DNA of 64,000 nucleotides from Azolla caroliniana (GCA_043228905.1 JBHGNT010000002.1:15376001-15440000); one strand, 5' to 3'. Counted from the first letter of the stretch, positions 51,101-64,000 are shown. Translations and numbers: made by a program. Notes: generated by a model not told the origin, from the letters alone.

Positions 51101-52845
51101 CAGAAGCCAAGGACGGAGATATCCTCTCCGAGAGAGAAGAGCCCCCCGGAGATTTCCGGATGCAGAGCATGTGTTGCTAACCGATGAGGGGGAGCCGGAA
51201 AGCTTCGAAGAAGCAAAGAGAGACACCCACAACCGCAAGTGGTTGAGTGCCATGCAGGATGAGATGGATTCCTTGCATGAGAACCACACACATCAACTGA
51301 CGGAGTTGCCGAAAGGGAAGAGAGCACTACGGAACAAGTGGGTGTACAAGTTGAAACCGGGAGATGCCAGAAACCCGTCGAGATACAAAGCCCGAATTGT
51401 AGTGAAGGGTTTCCAATAGAAGAAGGGAGTAGACTTCGATGGGATTTTTGGCCCGGTAGTTAAGATGACTTCCATCCGGACGGTACTAAGCATAGCGACA
51501 AGCATGGACCTCGAGGTAGAGCAACTAGACGTAAAGATGACGTTCCTCCATGGAGACCTCCATGGTACCGGATGTTTGACTCCTTCATGACCAACCAAGG
51601 GTACCACAAGACGCAGGTCGAACACTGCGTGTTTGTGAAGAAATTTGACAGAGGAGATTTCTTGATACTCCTCCTATATGTGGATGATATATTGATCGCC
51701 AGAGGAGACCAACACAAGATTTGGATGCTGAAGAAGGCTCTGAACCAGACCTTCTCAATGAAAAACTTGGGTCCGGCAAGACAGATATTGGGAATGCACA
51801 TCATCTGGGACCAGTCAAAGAAGCTGTTGTGGTTATCACAGGAGAAGTACGTGACAAAGGTGCTTCAATGGTTCAACATGTCGAAGGCGAAGCCGGTCGG
51901 ATCGACACTTTCGGCAAACTGCAAGCTATCCAAAAAACAAAGTCCAAGGACAAAGGCGGAGAAGACAGATATGATGAAGATACCATATGCCTCTTCCGTC
52001 AAAAGCTTGATGTACGTGATGGTATGTACCCGGCCGGATATCAGATATGCAGTCGGAGTGGTAAGCCGGTTCATGAGCAATCCCGGAAGAGGGCATTGCA
52101 ACGCGGTCAAGTGGATACTCTGGTATTTGAAAGGTACCTCGAGTATGTGCCTCCGGTTCGGCTCCAGTAATCCCCAACTTGACGGATTTACGGATTCGGC
52201 TATGTCGGATGATGTGGATACCAGCCGATCTACATTCGGATATGTCATGACTTATGCAGGGGAAGCTGTTTCGTGGCTATATGAACTTAGGGCTATTTAC
52301 AAATATAGCCTCAATAGGCTTACTCAAAACATATTTACAAATATGTCTTCTCTTCTAGTTCTCACCGGGTCCATTCGATCCAGTTTCCGGATCTCTTCTG
52401 GTTCTCACCGGGTCCTCTTCATTTAGAACCGGATCCCATCCGAAGGGACTGATTTCCCAACAATCTCCCCCTTCACTCCGGCATGGGATGTCTCGCCAGC
52501 CTGATCCGCTTTCGGCACGCGTCTAGCTTGTCGGTTGTCAACACCTTGGTCTGCATGTCCGACCCATTCTCCTTCGTGTGGATCTTCGTCAGCACGAACT
52601 CTTGATCTTCTACTCTCTCCCGGATCCATTGGTACCTTCGTTGGCTATGTTTCGTCTGGGATTGGTAGGCCACATTCTTTGCAAAGTGGATGGCACTTTG
52701 ATTGTCACAGTAGAGCCGGTATTCCTCCTATTGGATTCCTAGCTCTCTGGTGAAGTCCATCATCCAGATTATCTCCTTGCTGGCTTCTACAATTGCAATG
52801 TACTCCACCTCTGTGGTTGACAACACAATCGTCATCTGCAGCCTC
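48129..52845 (+). mobile_element. Ty1/copia element with inverted 3' end
   Basis: 5' LTR 48129-48702; PBS 48706-48717; gag-pol to 52277; RNase H end, PPT and partial LTR are inverted at 52278-52845. Confidence 0.92.
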
Positions 52846-53250
52846 TTCGGAGATGTTCGACATTCAACATCTCGATGTGCTGCACTTGAGGGGGAGAACA
52901 AGAACGGGAACGAATGGCACTGGACATGGAGCCGTTGAGAAAGAAAGAACCAGAAAAAGGAAGCCGAACGGACCGAAGGAGTCGGCACATTTGAACAAGT
53001 CGGAGCAAGCAGCAGTGGCGACAGAGTCAAGAAATGTGCGAAGTCATTTGGCTGAAACGGCTATTACGAGATCTGCATGTGGAGGTGTCTAATTCGACGA
53101 TGATCTATTGCGACAACCTCAACAACATCGACCTTGCGAAGAACCCTATATTCCACGCCCGGACCAAGCACATTGAAGTGCACTACCATTTTGTCCTTTC
53201 TGGTGAAGTCGAACTCGCATATGTTCCGACGGGTCGGCAGATTGCCGACA
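52846..53250 (+). pseudogene. Scrambled copia RNase H fragments
   Basis: HLDVLHLRG plus extension start is followed by the normally upstream CEVIWLKRLL...HARTKHIEVHYH. Confidence 0.8.
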
Positions 53251-53362
53251 TGGGAAAGTTAGCGTGTGGAAGCTTATGCCAAACCGTCTCTGCCGGATAG
53301 TAACAGCAAAGAGAAGAAGGTTTAATGGAAGCTTAACACATAGAATAAGCATACACAAGAGA

Positions 53363-53413
<51 letters not shown>

Positions 53414-53666
53414 CCGAACATAAAACTCTATTCAAAATAATACTCTCAATATTCTATACATAGAATGTGCTCAGAGAGCACTTTAATACAAGTCCATAAA
53501 GGACTAACAGAAGTATTGACAGGTACTTCAATGCTCACATGAGCGATTATCATTGGCTCCCAAAAATATGCCTACGTACTAGACTGGAGCCGTAGGCCTC
53601 TAACGGCCTACCGGTTTCAATCCGATCCGGGTCTCTGATCCAGCTCCTGGATATTCGGCCCTAACA
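53251..53666 (-). mobile_element. Copia LTR with (GA)n tract
   Basis: TG...TAACA termini; similar to LTR 53892-54319; no TSD. Confidence 0.7.
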
Positions 53667-53890
53667 GTTGCCCCTCGATATTCGGCCTCCGTGCTCAACA
53701 AGGCTACAGTCGGCTACTTCTTACTGCTCCATGTGATTTCCGCACTTCCCAATGAGAATGGGTATCCGGATGTGGATCTACGATCATGGGCATTGCAAGC
53801 CCAATTGGCATCCGTGTAGCCAACTAACTGTTCGACTACGGCTATATGATACAACAACGCCATGTCTTTCGTACCGCTAACATATCCTAA
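53667..53890 (-). pseudogene. Copia RT/RNase H junction fragment
   Basis: GYTDANW...RRSTSGY...WSSKK. Confidence 0.85.
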
Positions 53891-55308
53891 TTGTGAAAAG
53901 AATAACATGCGGAAGCAATAGAAACCGAACACAGAAACGCAGGTTTAATAGAGAGCTTGAATATACACAATACGCGGGAGAGAGAGAGAGAGAGCACACA
54001 AAACTTAATTAAAAAATAATACTCGGTCTGTATATAGGATGTGCTCAGTGAGCACTTTTATACAAGTCCATACGGACTGACAGAAGTACTGACACGTACT
54101 TCAATGCTCATAAGTGAGCTCTACACTAGCTCCCAAAATATATTCCTATGCGAAATGTCTTTCCAACGGCCTCGTAGTTTACGCACCGCTACGGCCTCTC
54201 GTTGCGTACTGGTTTGCGCATCGGTTTACGCACCAGTCCGGCCTAACCGATCGATCCCAACCGATCCGGCTCTCGGCTTGCACATCCGATCCGGCCAATG
54301 TTGAGCTTGTATCTTAATAGTCCCCCTCAAGCTCAACTTGAGGTTCCATCTGCTCTTCTGGATCTACGCTCTGGTTCCTTCTTGCTTCACACCTTGCTTG
54401 CATTCCGCGACTTGTTCGATTCCGCGCGCCTCGACCCTTCCGGTCGTCTTGCATTCTCATGCGGCCCTCCTAAGCTCCGTTGCTGTCGCGGTGTTGGCGC
54501 TTCTTTTGCTACCTTCTCTTCCGCTTGGCCCTTAGTTGATTCGACGTATCCGAATCAAACATCCGAACCGACTCGGCTTCCTCCGATCGGTTTTCGCTTT
54601 CGTCCGAGTTGGTTGTCTCCAACTTGTCTTCGGTCTTCTCACCCTTGATGGCTTCGTCTCCCCCACGCTTGGTTGGCTTCGGCACTTTCTTTTGATTGCT
54701 CCCCTTATGTCCGCTTTTGGAATCTTCCGCGGATCCGCCCTCGGCTTCTTCAGTTGATCCAAAATTGAATTCGTCATTTGACTCGGCGTCGCGGTCTTCC
54801 GGAACTTCTCTCCCCCTTCCATGGTCATTCAGGACGTCTCTCCCCCTCAAGTTCGGCACGTCGAGGTGACGTTGTCGTGAAAATACGACGAGGATACATG
54901 AACGTTGAGGCAAGACCCCGGGGCCTTTGACTAGAGGATATCAAATTCGTTTATTTATGTACTAAGAATTAACCGAAATGAGAAAGATTAACAAAATTCA
55001 TTAACAAGTAGAAAGAAAGATTACAATTAATCCCAAGATTGGGATTACAAAAAGTTTGCTAATGGAGATGGCTAGAGTAATAGATTAGAAGAAATGAGAT
55101 ATGGATTTAATTAGAATATTTTTAGCTTCAATTCGAAAAATAGGGTTTTTGAGTTGTATGGCTTTGATTAGGAAATTAGGGTTTACTTGAGAGATTGCTT
55201 CCTTCCCCCGTATGGAAAAAAAAATATAAGTTTATGAGTGATTAGCCCCCTTGATTCACGGGTTCTTCTTCTTCTTCTTTTCTCTCCTTCCCTTGCATGC
55301 GTCCCACA

Positions 55309-56628
55309 TGGCCTTTACTTTAGTTTTCTTCACTTTACTTTAGTTTGTTACATGATCTCCACCTTTTTGTTGCACACCTTCCACATCACCTTTACTTTTT
55401 GCATGCACTCCAACTTTAGTTGCTTGCTTCCACATGGCCTTTACTTTAATTCTCTTCTCTTTACTTTAGTTTGTTGCATGATCCAATCTTCCGTCCGTCC
55501 GCGTACAACCTCCTCTGGTAGCCGGTTCCGCCCGATCGCCGAATCCCTCGCCAACCAGTTCTGGTTTGCTTGCCGGTTCCAGTTCCGATTTTGCTTGCCG
55601 GGCGGTTCCGGTTTGCTTGCCGACCGGTTCCAGTTCCGGTTTTGCTTACCAACGGCTGGTTTCCGGATTGCGGTTTTGCTTACTAGCCAGCTTCCGGTTT
55701 GCATACCAACCGGTTTCTAGATTTGCTTACCGGCCAGTTTCCGTATTTGGCCTTTACTTTAGTTTTCTTCACTTTACTTTAGTTTGTTACATGATCTCCA
55801 CCTTTTTGTTGCACACCTTCCACATCACCTTTACTTTTTGCATGCACTCCAACTTTAGTTGCTTGCTTCCACATGGCCTTTACTTTAATTCTCTTCTCTT
55901 TACTTTAGTTTGTTGCATGATCCAATCTTCCGTCCGTCCGCGTACAACCTCCTCTGGTAGCCGGTTCCGCCCGATCGCCGAATCCTTCGCCAACCAGTTC
56001 TGGTTTGCTTGCCGGTTCCAGTTCCGATTTTGCTTGCCGGGCGGTTCCGGTTTGCTTGCCGACCGGTTCCAGTTCCGGTTTTGCTTACCAACGGCCGGTT
56101 TCCGGATTCCGGTTTTGCTTACTAGCCAGCTTCCGGTTTGCATACCAACCGGTTTCTAGATTTGCTTACCGGCCAGTTTCCGTATTTGGCCTTTACTTTA
56201 GTTTTCTTCACTTTACTTTAGTTTGTTACATGATCTCCACCTTTTTGTTGCACACCTTCCACATCACCTTTACTTTTTGCATGCACTCCAACTTTAGTTG
56301 CTTGCTTCCACATGGCCTTTACTTTAATTCTCTTCTCTTTACTTTAGTTTGTTGCATGATCCAATCTTCCGTCCGTCCGCGTACAACCTCCTCTGGTAGC
56401 CGGTTCCGCCCGATCGCCGAATCCCTCGCCAACCAGTTCTGGTTTGCTTGCCGGTTCCAGTTCCGATTTTGCTTGCCGGGCGGTTCCGGTTTGCTTGCCG
56501 ACCGGTTCCAGTTCCGGTTTTGCTTACCAACGGCCGGTTTCCGGATTCCGGTTTTGCTTACTAGCCAGCTTCCGGTTTGCATACCAACCGGTTTGTAGAT
56601 TTGCTTACCGGCCAGTTTCCGTATTTGG
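55309..56628. repeat. 439-bp tandem array, 3 near-identical copies
   Basis: Units start at 55309, 55748 and 56187; ORF triplets are offset by exactly 439. Confidence 0.97.
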
Positions 56629-56882
56629 TTACCGGCCGGTTTCCATATTTGCTTACCGGCCGGTTTTTCTAGTTTTTGGGAACTTGGCCACCATCATCCA
56701 TCAAGACAAAGTGGCCAAAGTGCTCTTAGCACAAATGCAAAATGAGGGAGCTCAAGGTCCTTATATAGCTAGGGCCTTAAGTTTCCTATCTATGTGGGAT
56801 AATTCTAATTCCCTATCTTCTCAAACTTCATTTTCACATAACTTGATATGTATTTCTCCATTTTGTATATAGTCAAATACGT

Positions 56883-59800
56883 TGTCGTGAAGATTTTCGT
56901 CCATAGGCGGAAATCGGGGTGGAATAGTCAAGTCGGTGGTGTGCTACATGTGCACATGTAAACTAGGATATGGTGTATAGAAAGAGAGGGGAAATTTTAT
57001 CCCACATTGTAAGGTCCCTCCCTCGTTGGGCTATAAAAGGAAGGGAGGGGTCACTTATGAGGGGTTGCCCATTTTGTGTTAGAGGGTATACCGTTAGGTT
57101 TAGGGTTAGTTCTTCTACTTCTTCTTCATCTTCTTCGCGGTGTGGGTGGACTATGGAGGGTTGTTCCCACTCGGTCTCCTGTGCAAGACCCCGCTCTACG
57201 TGACGAGCCCGAGAGCTCCCCGGATGGCGGCTTGGTTGCAGACTGCTATTGTAACCTACCCTAGCTTGGTTCGGCTCGAAACCCTAAACAACGCGACATC
57301 TTTGGTGAACCCGACGTGAAGAGGCGGCAAGGGAGGACGGAGATGGAAGAAGACTTCGACTTCGAGGAGATGATGGCAAAGATCGTAATGGATGCGCGAC
57401 GGAAAAAGGCGAGGCGAGATGCGGCTCAACAAGTCGTCGAGAGGGTGGTCGATCGAGTCAGCCGATTTAACGGGACGATGTCCCGAGGTTCTGGGAAGCG
57501 TACGATGCCTAGAGTGACGGGTAATGGTGGCGGCAAGGCGGGCTACCATGACGACGAAGAGAACGAGGAAGAGATAGCCACGGACCACGGCGTCCGAACG
57601 AAGGTGGCTACGAACATGGCATCTGCGAGTAACGGTACCTGAACTTTTCCCACACCTATTCTAGAGACTTCGGCGGTCGGCCCCGAGAGCCCACGTGAGA
57701 CCGGAGAGACGGAAGGTGGCGGCGGCAAAGCGGACGATTGAAACGACGACGAGGAAGGTCATAGCGGACGAAGGCAAGACCTCTCGACACCGAGACCAGA
57801 GACTACGGCGGTTGCGCTCGAATGCCAACATAAGACCGGAGAGAAGGGCGGTGGCCGTGAGAAGGCGTGGCCTAGAGCGAACACGTACGAAGATGAGGAT
57901 GCGAGGCCCAGAACAGGCATATACAAGAGGACAGAGGAGAGAGTCGGGAACCGACCCGACCGGAAGATGAACCGGTCGATAATCCGACACGACCGAAAGA
58001 CGACGTGGAAGAAGATTCGAGCGGGGTCCGGTCAACCAGGCCCGAACCGAAGAAGAGCCGGCAAGGCCGGATTTGTTCGGACAAACATGTACCGGTTGGT
58101 TACGATTACGGAAGGGAGCCAACCAAACCGGAACTCGATCAGCCGAGACTGATCCGGGCGAAGGCTAAGTCGGCATGATTGGAGGTCGAGGCGAACGGGC
58201 CACAACACCCGATGGGAGCCACTGAGCACGAGAAGGAGGCCAAGCATGCACAAGGAGTACGACTCGGTGGGAGGCCAAGAGCGAGAGGGACCCTCCTCGC
58301 CTATTATTGAGACTTTGGCGGTTGCGGATCGACGTAAGACCAAAGAGACGGCGAAAGGCGGCGAGGAGTCGGAGACCGGAATGGGTACCCAGTGCGTGAA
58401 GGCGGACGAGCACGGCCAAGACGACAAGCCGGAGTCGAAAGGGGCTACGGCAACGAAATACGAAGAGGCCGATGCGGAGGTCGGGACTACAACGAAGGAA
58501 GCGTGTAACACGAATGATGCATTACGGCATAGAACGGAGCATGCACTACGGCTGGCGAAGGGCCAAGAAGCAAGCATGCACCCGGAAGAGCCGCAATGAG
58601 TGACCGACGATGACGGTCGGAGTAAGCCTTCGAGAGGCAAGCGCGGGACGACGGACGGTGCGACGAGACACCAAGATCGACGGAATGAGACGAGCGTGAT
58701 CAGCATGAGCGAAGGACTGTGTCTGGGAAAACGGAGGGGATGCGTGGAGAACGGAGGGCACGTACTGTGAAGAGAAAACGGGGCATCTCAAAGGATGTGT
58801 GCGACCGAGTGGGCCAGGCGGGCCAGGCGGGCCAAGAAGGCGCAAATCGAGGCGAGGCGGTAACGAGAGCCTCGAGGGACACCGACACGGAGGTCGAGAT
58901 GACGGTACGCTCTACGGCGAGAGAGCACGACGGGCAAGGGAGAGGCAAGGAATGTGGAATGGGGCCGCCTAAGGGCCAAAGAATGAGCGCATATTCGGGG
59001 GACAACATTAGCGCACGGGAAGAGCCTACGGAAGGCAAGCGCGGAGCGGGAATAGTCGACACACCGAGGTGTTCGACATGCAGAGACAATAAAACCAAAG
59101 GAGCGGCACGCAAAGGGTGGAAACCGGAGTGCGATCGGAGAGATCCGGAGCGCATCCGGAGGACATACGAGGCGGACCAAGAGGGTGTACCTCGGGGCGA
59201 AGCGGCAACATCAGAGGTTGCGGAGGACACCGAAGACGAGAACACCGACACGGATGTTGGGGAAGCAATGTACCTTTTCGAAAGGGGACGCAAAGCGGAG
59301 TGGAGTGTGAGACGTGCGATGTGGCCACGTAAGGGCCGAACGACAAGCACGAGGATGATCGGCGAGCATGAAAGGCTATGTCTTGAGAACCGGGGGAGGT
59401 GCGTGGAGAGCAACGGGCTACGCGCCGAGAAGAGGAAGCGTGGCGTCCCGGAAGGCATGTGAGGCCAAGCGGGCCAAGAGGACAAGAGTCGGGATGAAGT
59501 GGTAACAGGAGTCACGAAGGACATTGACATGGTGGTCGGGATGACGGTACGCTCTACGGCGAGAGAGCACGGCGAGCAAAGGAGAAGTGAGGAGCGCATA
59601 ATGAGGTCGTCGAGGGACCGAAGAACGAGCGCATGTTCGGGAGACAACAAGGGCACACGTAAAGATCCTACAGAAGGTGGGCGCGGAACGGAGGGAATCG
59701 ACACGAGGTGTTCGAGATGAAGAGAGGATCGAGCCGGAGATAGAACACAAGCGGTACGCAAGGGGTGGAATCCGGCGAGCAAACGGGGTGACCAAGGGCC

Positions 59801-60887
59801 TAATCGGAGGACCTACGTGGCGGACAAAGAAAGAGTGACCGGATCGGCTATGGCGTTCGAGAGGACCGACCGGGGAGGAAGGCGAATGTGGTGGATATGG
59901 CAGTTCGGATGGAATCGATGTTTCGGGGACACACGGTGGACATGGTGGATCGGGTGGAGCCGTCGGCTCGAGGACGTGCGATGGATACGGTGGAACGAGA
60001 TGCTATGACGGTTCGTGTGGAAGGGACGGGCGTGCTCGAAATGGAAAACGAGGCCGAGCAAGGCCAACGAGGACACGGCGGACCTCGGTTTTATCATCAT
60101 GGCCGAAAAATCTCACCTCTTCTCCCTTCTTGGCACATACCGGTGGATGTGCGGTTTGGTGGGGGCGGATGTCGTGAAGATTTTCATCCATAGGCGGAAA
60201 CCGGGGTGGAATAGGCAAGTCGGTGGTGTGCTACATGTGCACATGTAAACTAGGATATGGTGTATAGAAAGAGAGGGGAAATTTTATCCCACATTGTAAG
60301 GTCCCTCCCTCCTTGGGCTATAAAAGGAAGGGAGGGGTCACTTATGAGGGGTTGCCCATTTTGTGTTAGAGGGTATACCGTTAGGTTTAGGGTTAGTTCT
60401 TCTACTTCTTCTTCCTCTTCTTCGCGGTGTGGGTGGACTATGGAGGGTTGTTCCCGCTCGGTCTCCTTTGCAAGACCCCGCTCTGCGTGACGAGCCTGAG
60501 AGCTCCCCGGACGGCGGCTTGGTTGCAGACTACTATTGTAACCTACCCTAACTTGGTCCGGCTCGAAGCCGGGAATGTATTCTTCCCTTTACATATATAC
60601 ATTTGCGTCTGTCTGCATATATTCGCGTCTTTGTCGGTGTCGGGTGCTTCCCCTTTCCTGTGTTTCCTGTACATAAGGGCGTGAGTCGGGTCGGCCGGTG
60701 CATGTGTGTGCGTGAGTCGGTGTCAAGCGCGCACTCCCTCTCTTTCTCTCTCTCCCTTCGGGTGCTTCCGGTGTGTTTCTGGGATGCCCCGGAAACGATG
60801 AAGTACGACTTCCTACGCTCTGTCACTCCCTACTCCAAGACCCTCGTGGTCCCGCCTTTCTCCACGCACGCGCATAACAACGCGACA
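56883..60887 (+). mobile_element. Non-autonomous LTR element 2 with tRNA-Trp PBS
   Basis: LTRs 56883-57298 and 60170-60887 (TGTCG...CGACA); PBS 57303-57320; PPT 60158-60169; perfect 4-bp TSD ACGT. Confidence 0.93.
57303..57320 (+). promoter_or_regulatory. Primer-binding site complementary to cytosolic tRNA-Trp(CCA)
   Basis: TGGTGAACCCGACGTGAA is the reverse complement of the plant tRNA-Trp 3' end (...UUCACGUCGGGUUCACCA, recalled from memory). Confidence 0.85.
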
Positions 60888-63800
60888 ACGTTTTGAAGCT
60901 CTTGAGTATATCCATCTTTCTATAGTAAGCTACTAATCTAATCTATAATAATTATTTCATTATTTTTTTACATAGTGTGTGAAGATTTACACAACACAAC
61001 CCAAGCACACCCGAGAATTGCCGCAACTTGTGTAGACCAAGAGGCTTGGTGAAGATGTCGGCGATCTGCCGATCTGTCGAAACATACTAAAGTTCGACTT
61101 CACCGAAGAGGACACGCTCATGGACGAAATGGTAGTGCACCTCAATGTGCTTAGTCTGGGCGTGGAAGACGGGGTTCTTTGCTAGCTAGATGCTGTTGAG
61201 GTTGTCGTAGTAGATTGTCATTGGATCGGATACCTCAACCTACAGATCCTTAAGTAGCCACTTCAACCATAGGGCTTCGCATGTTGCGATAGCCACTCCT
61301 CTATACTCGGCCTCAGTGCTCGACAACGCAACTGTCAGCTGCTTCTTGCTACTCCATGCGATCGTGGCACTCCCAAGAGAGAACGCAAAACTGGACGTGG
61401 ATCGGTGATCGATGAGGTTGCCGGCCCAGTCAGCATTGGTGTGGCCAACCAACTGCGGGGCTGTACCGGTCCGATATAATAGCCCCCTATCCTTAGTGCC
61501 GCTTCCATACCGTAGTACACGTTGCGCACACTGAAGGTGCTCCTCGGTAGGTCGCGCCATGAACTGACTAATCACCCCGACCGGGTAGCTGAGATCCAGT
61601 CGGGTGATGGTCAAGTATATCAGGCTTCCGACTATTTGTCGGAACCTCGTCAGGTCGCATACCTTTCCAGAATCGGGGTGAAGCTTGACGGTTCTATCCA
61701 GAGGAGTTGAAACGGACTTACAATCAGCCATCCCGAATTTGAAGAGCATACTCAACACGTAATGTCATTGGCTGATCAGTATGCCTTCGGGGGTGCAGAT
61801 CACTTCGATCCCGAGGAAGTAATGAAGGTCCCCCAGATCCTTCATGTCGAATGATGCCACAAGCTGGAGTTTCACGCGGTCAATCTCACCTAGGTCGGCG
61901 CCCGTGATGACCAAGTCATCAACATAAAGTAAAATGCTAACCGGCCCAAGTCGACCTTTCCTGACGAATAGTGAGGAGTCCGATTTTGACATCGCAAAGC
62001 CCATCTGACGCAATCGTTGTGTGATCTTCGCATTCCAGGCACGCGGGGCTTGCTTTAGTCCGTAAAGGGACTTCTTCAACCGACACACCGCCGAGGTGTT
62101 CGTTCTGGAGTGAAATCTGGGAGGTTGTACCATGTACATATGTTCCTCAAGCTCACCTTGCAGGAACACATTCTTTACATCCATCTGATGTAAGTGCCAC
62201 CCCTTCGCCGCAGCTACTACGAGCAAAACGCAGACGGTCATCATCTTCGCAACCGGTGCAAACCTCTCATCGTAGTCGATGTCGTGTTGTTGCGCGTAGC
62301 CTTTCGCTACTAACCGGGCCTTGTATCGGTTGAGCGAGCCGTCAATGTTGTACTTGACCTTGTAAACCCACCTACATCCGATTGGTTTCACACCTTTTCG
62401 TGCGTCAACCAGGTCCTAGGTTTCATTTTCCGCCAATGCACACATCTCTTCCTCCATTGCGGCACGCCAATTCGTGTCCTTCACCACTTCTGCGTAGCTC
62501 TCCGGCTCACACACTTCCCCTACATGGGTCATGTATGCATAGTGATGCGCCATGTACTCATTATATCCGAACCCCTCAACAGGGTTCTTCTAGCGGGTAG
62601 ATCGGCGTAATTGCTCATTAGCCGATGTTGAGGCTTTCTTGGCCGACGCGGACTTCGCTCTCAAAGACCCGCCATCACTTCCCTCAAAGTCAGACTCGCG
62701 TCGATCCGACTCGTTCCTATCCGTGTCATAATCCGACACCTTCTTCTTCCCTTTTTCCTTGCGTGTAAGCCATCTCCTCGGCTTCCTGCGTGGGGAATGC
62801 ATGGCCGAGTCTCCACTACTCGCCGACTCTTCTTCGGAGTGGTGAAACCGACTCAGCCGTCCATTCGGTCCACTTAACCGAAACAAGATCGGACTCTCTT
62901 CGAGGGTCTCGATTTCACCTTCATCCAGAGGCACATCAGCCTCACTGACCTCATCGTCAGAACTCGGATTGGAGTTGAGGTCTGGAGTCGGAGGCAAGTA
63001 CCAAGACGCGGACTCGTCAAACACAACGTCGCGACTCACGCGAGCTTGTTTGGTTCGGGGATTATAGCACTTATAACCCTTTTGCTCGTCCAAATAGCCG
63101 ACTAAGATACACTTCTCAGCTTTCGCGTCCAACTTCCTTCGTTTCTCCTTCGGCACATGCACATACACAATGCTACCGAAAACTCTCAAGTGTCGTAGAT
63201 TTGACTTCCTTCCGAAATACAACTCATGTGCCGACACTTTGTCTCCGATCCGATTTTGGATGAACACCGTGGTTCGTACCACCTCAGCTCAATAGAACTT
63301 GGGCAAGATCTTTTCTTCCAGCATTTCCCATGCCGCTTCCACAACCAACCGATTTTTCTTTTCGGCCACGCCGTTTTGCTTCGGCGAATATCTGCAACTA
63401 AATTTGCGCCGAATTCCCATCTGTTGCAGATACCCGTTGAATTGACCGGAAAAGTACTCTTTTCCACCATCCGACCGCAGACACTTGATCTTTCTTCCTG
63501 TTTCCCTTTCGACGAAACTCTTGAGGTCCCAGAAACAGTCGAAGACTTCACTCTTCTTCTCAATGACATAGATCCACGTGTGCCGCGTATAGTTATCAAT
63601 GAAGGAGAAGAAATGTCGACTCCCGCCAAAACTAACATTCTGTGCCGGCCCCCATACATCGGAATGTATCAAGTCGAGCTTGTTCCGGCTCCGATTACGC
63701 TCGTTATGGAAAGGAAGTCGGTGTTGCTTCCCTAGCTGGAAGGCTTCGCAAATTTCTGCCTTCTGGCCACTAAATTTGGGCAATTCGAATACCACCTATT

Positions 63801-64000
63801 TCGATTGCAGGTTTTGAAACCGTTGATAGTTGACGTGGCCTATCCTCTTGTGCCATAAGTCGATATTCAACTCGACTTTTTGTCCTTTCGCGAACATTGT
63901 GGTGCCACTGTCACTAAAGTCAAGGATAAACATCCTCTCGTCTCTGCACCCTTGCGCAATAACTTGGCCTTCTTCCTCGATGAAGCACCCGAGATGCGTA

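Larger units (their letters stand above)
54873..60993 (-). mobile_element. Expanded solo LTR related to the TGTCG family, carrying a 439-bp array and nested element 2
   Basis: Begins TGTCGTG after ACGT; reverse-complement matches to the family U5 motif and to TTATCCCACA; TATA at ~56762 (-); the right end is approximate. Confidence 0.65.
53892..64000 (-). mobile_element. Ty1/copia element (3' LTR 53892-54319; pol 60994-64000) interrupted by nested insertions
   Basis: PPT 54321-54330; extension 54330-54872; RH/RT/INT ORFs 61240-63795; the frame GL|RHLDVPNLRG rejoins across the insertion. Confidence 0.92.

Noticed and set aside
55238-56872. Triplicated ORFs of 63-197 aa
   Set aside because: By-products of the 439-bp array; no domain signature.

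Overview
This is a repeat-dense land-plant nuclear region. A fern or other non-seed plant is inferred from the element types, not proven. There is one host gene: a 6-exon GT8 glycosyltransferase-like gene (11270-21630, +, about 392 aa). Its 8.8-kb first intron holds a full-length Ty1/copia element, and a hAT-type MITE lies about 280 bp upstream. The rest is nested, mostly decayed retroelements: several Ty1/copia families, a deleted Ty3/gypsy element with an extra ORF, a gypsy gag remnant, two LINE fragments and solo LTRs. Four observations stand out. (1) A group of pol-less LTR elements and related solo LTRs has a tRNA-Trp primer-binding site (PBS) and 4-bp CG-centred target sites. (2) A gypsy element has a tRNA-Arg 3'-end-like sequence where the polypurine tract (PPT) should be. 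(3) A copia element has a 58-bp target duplication and clipped termini. (4) A copia family carries a charged in-frame Pol extension between two PPTs. All coordinates were read by eye and no database searches were run.
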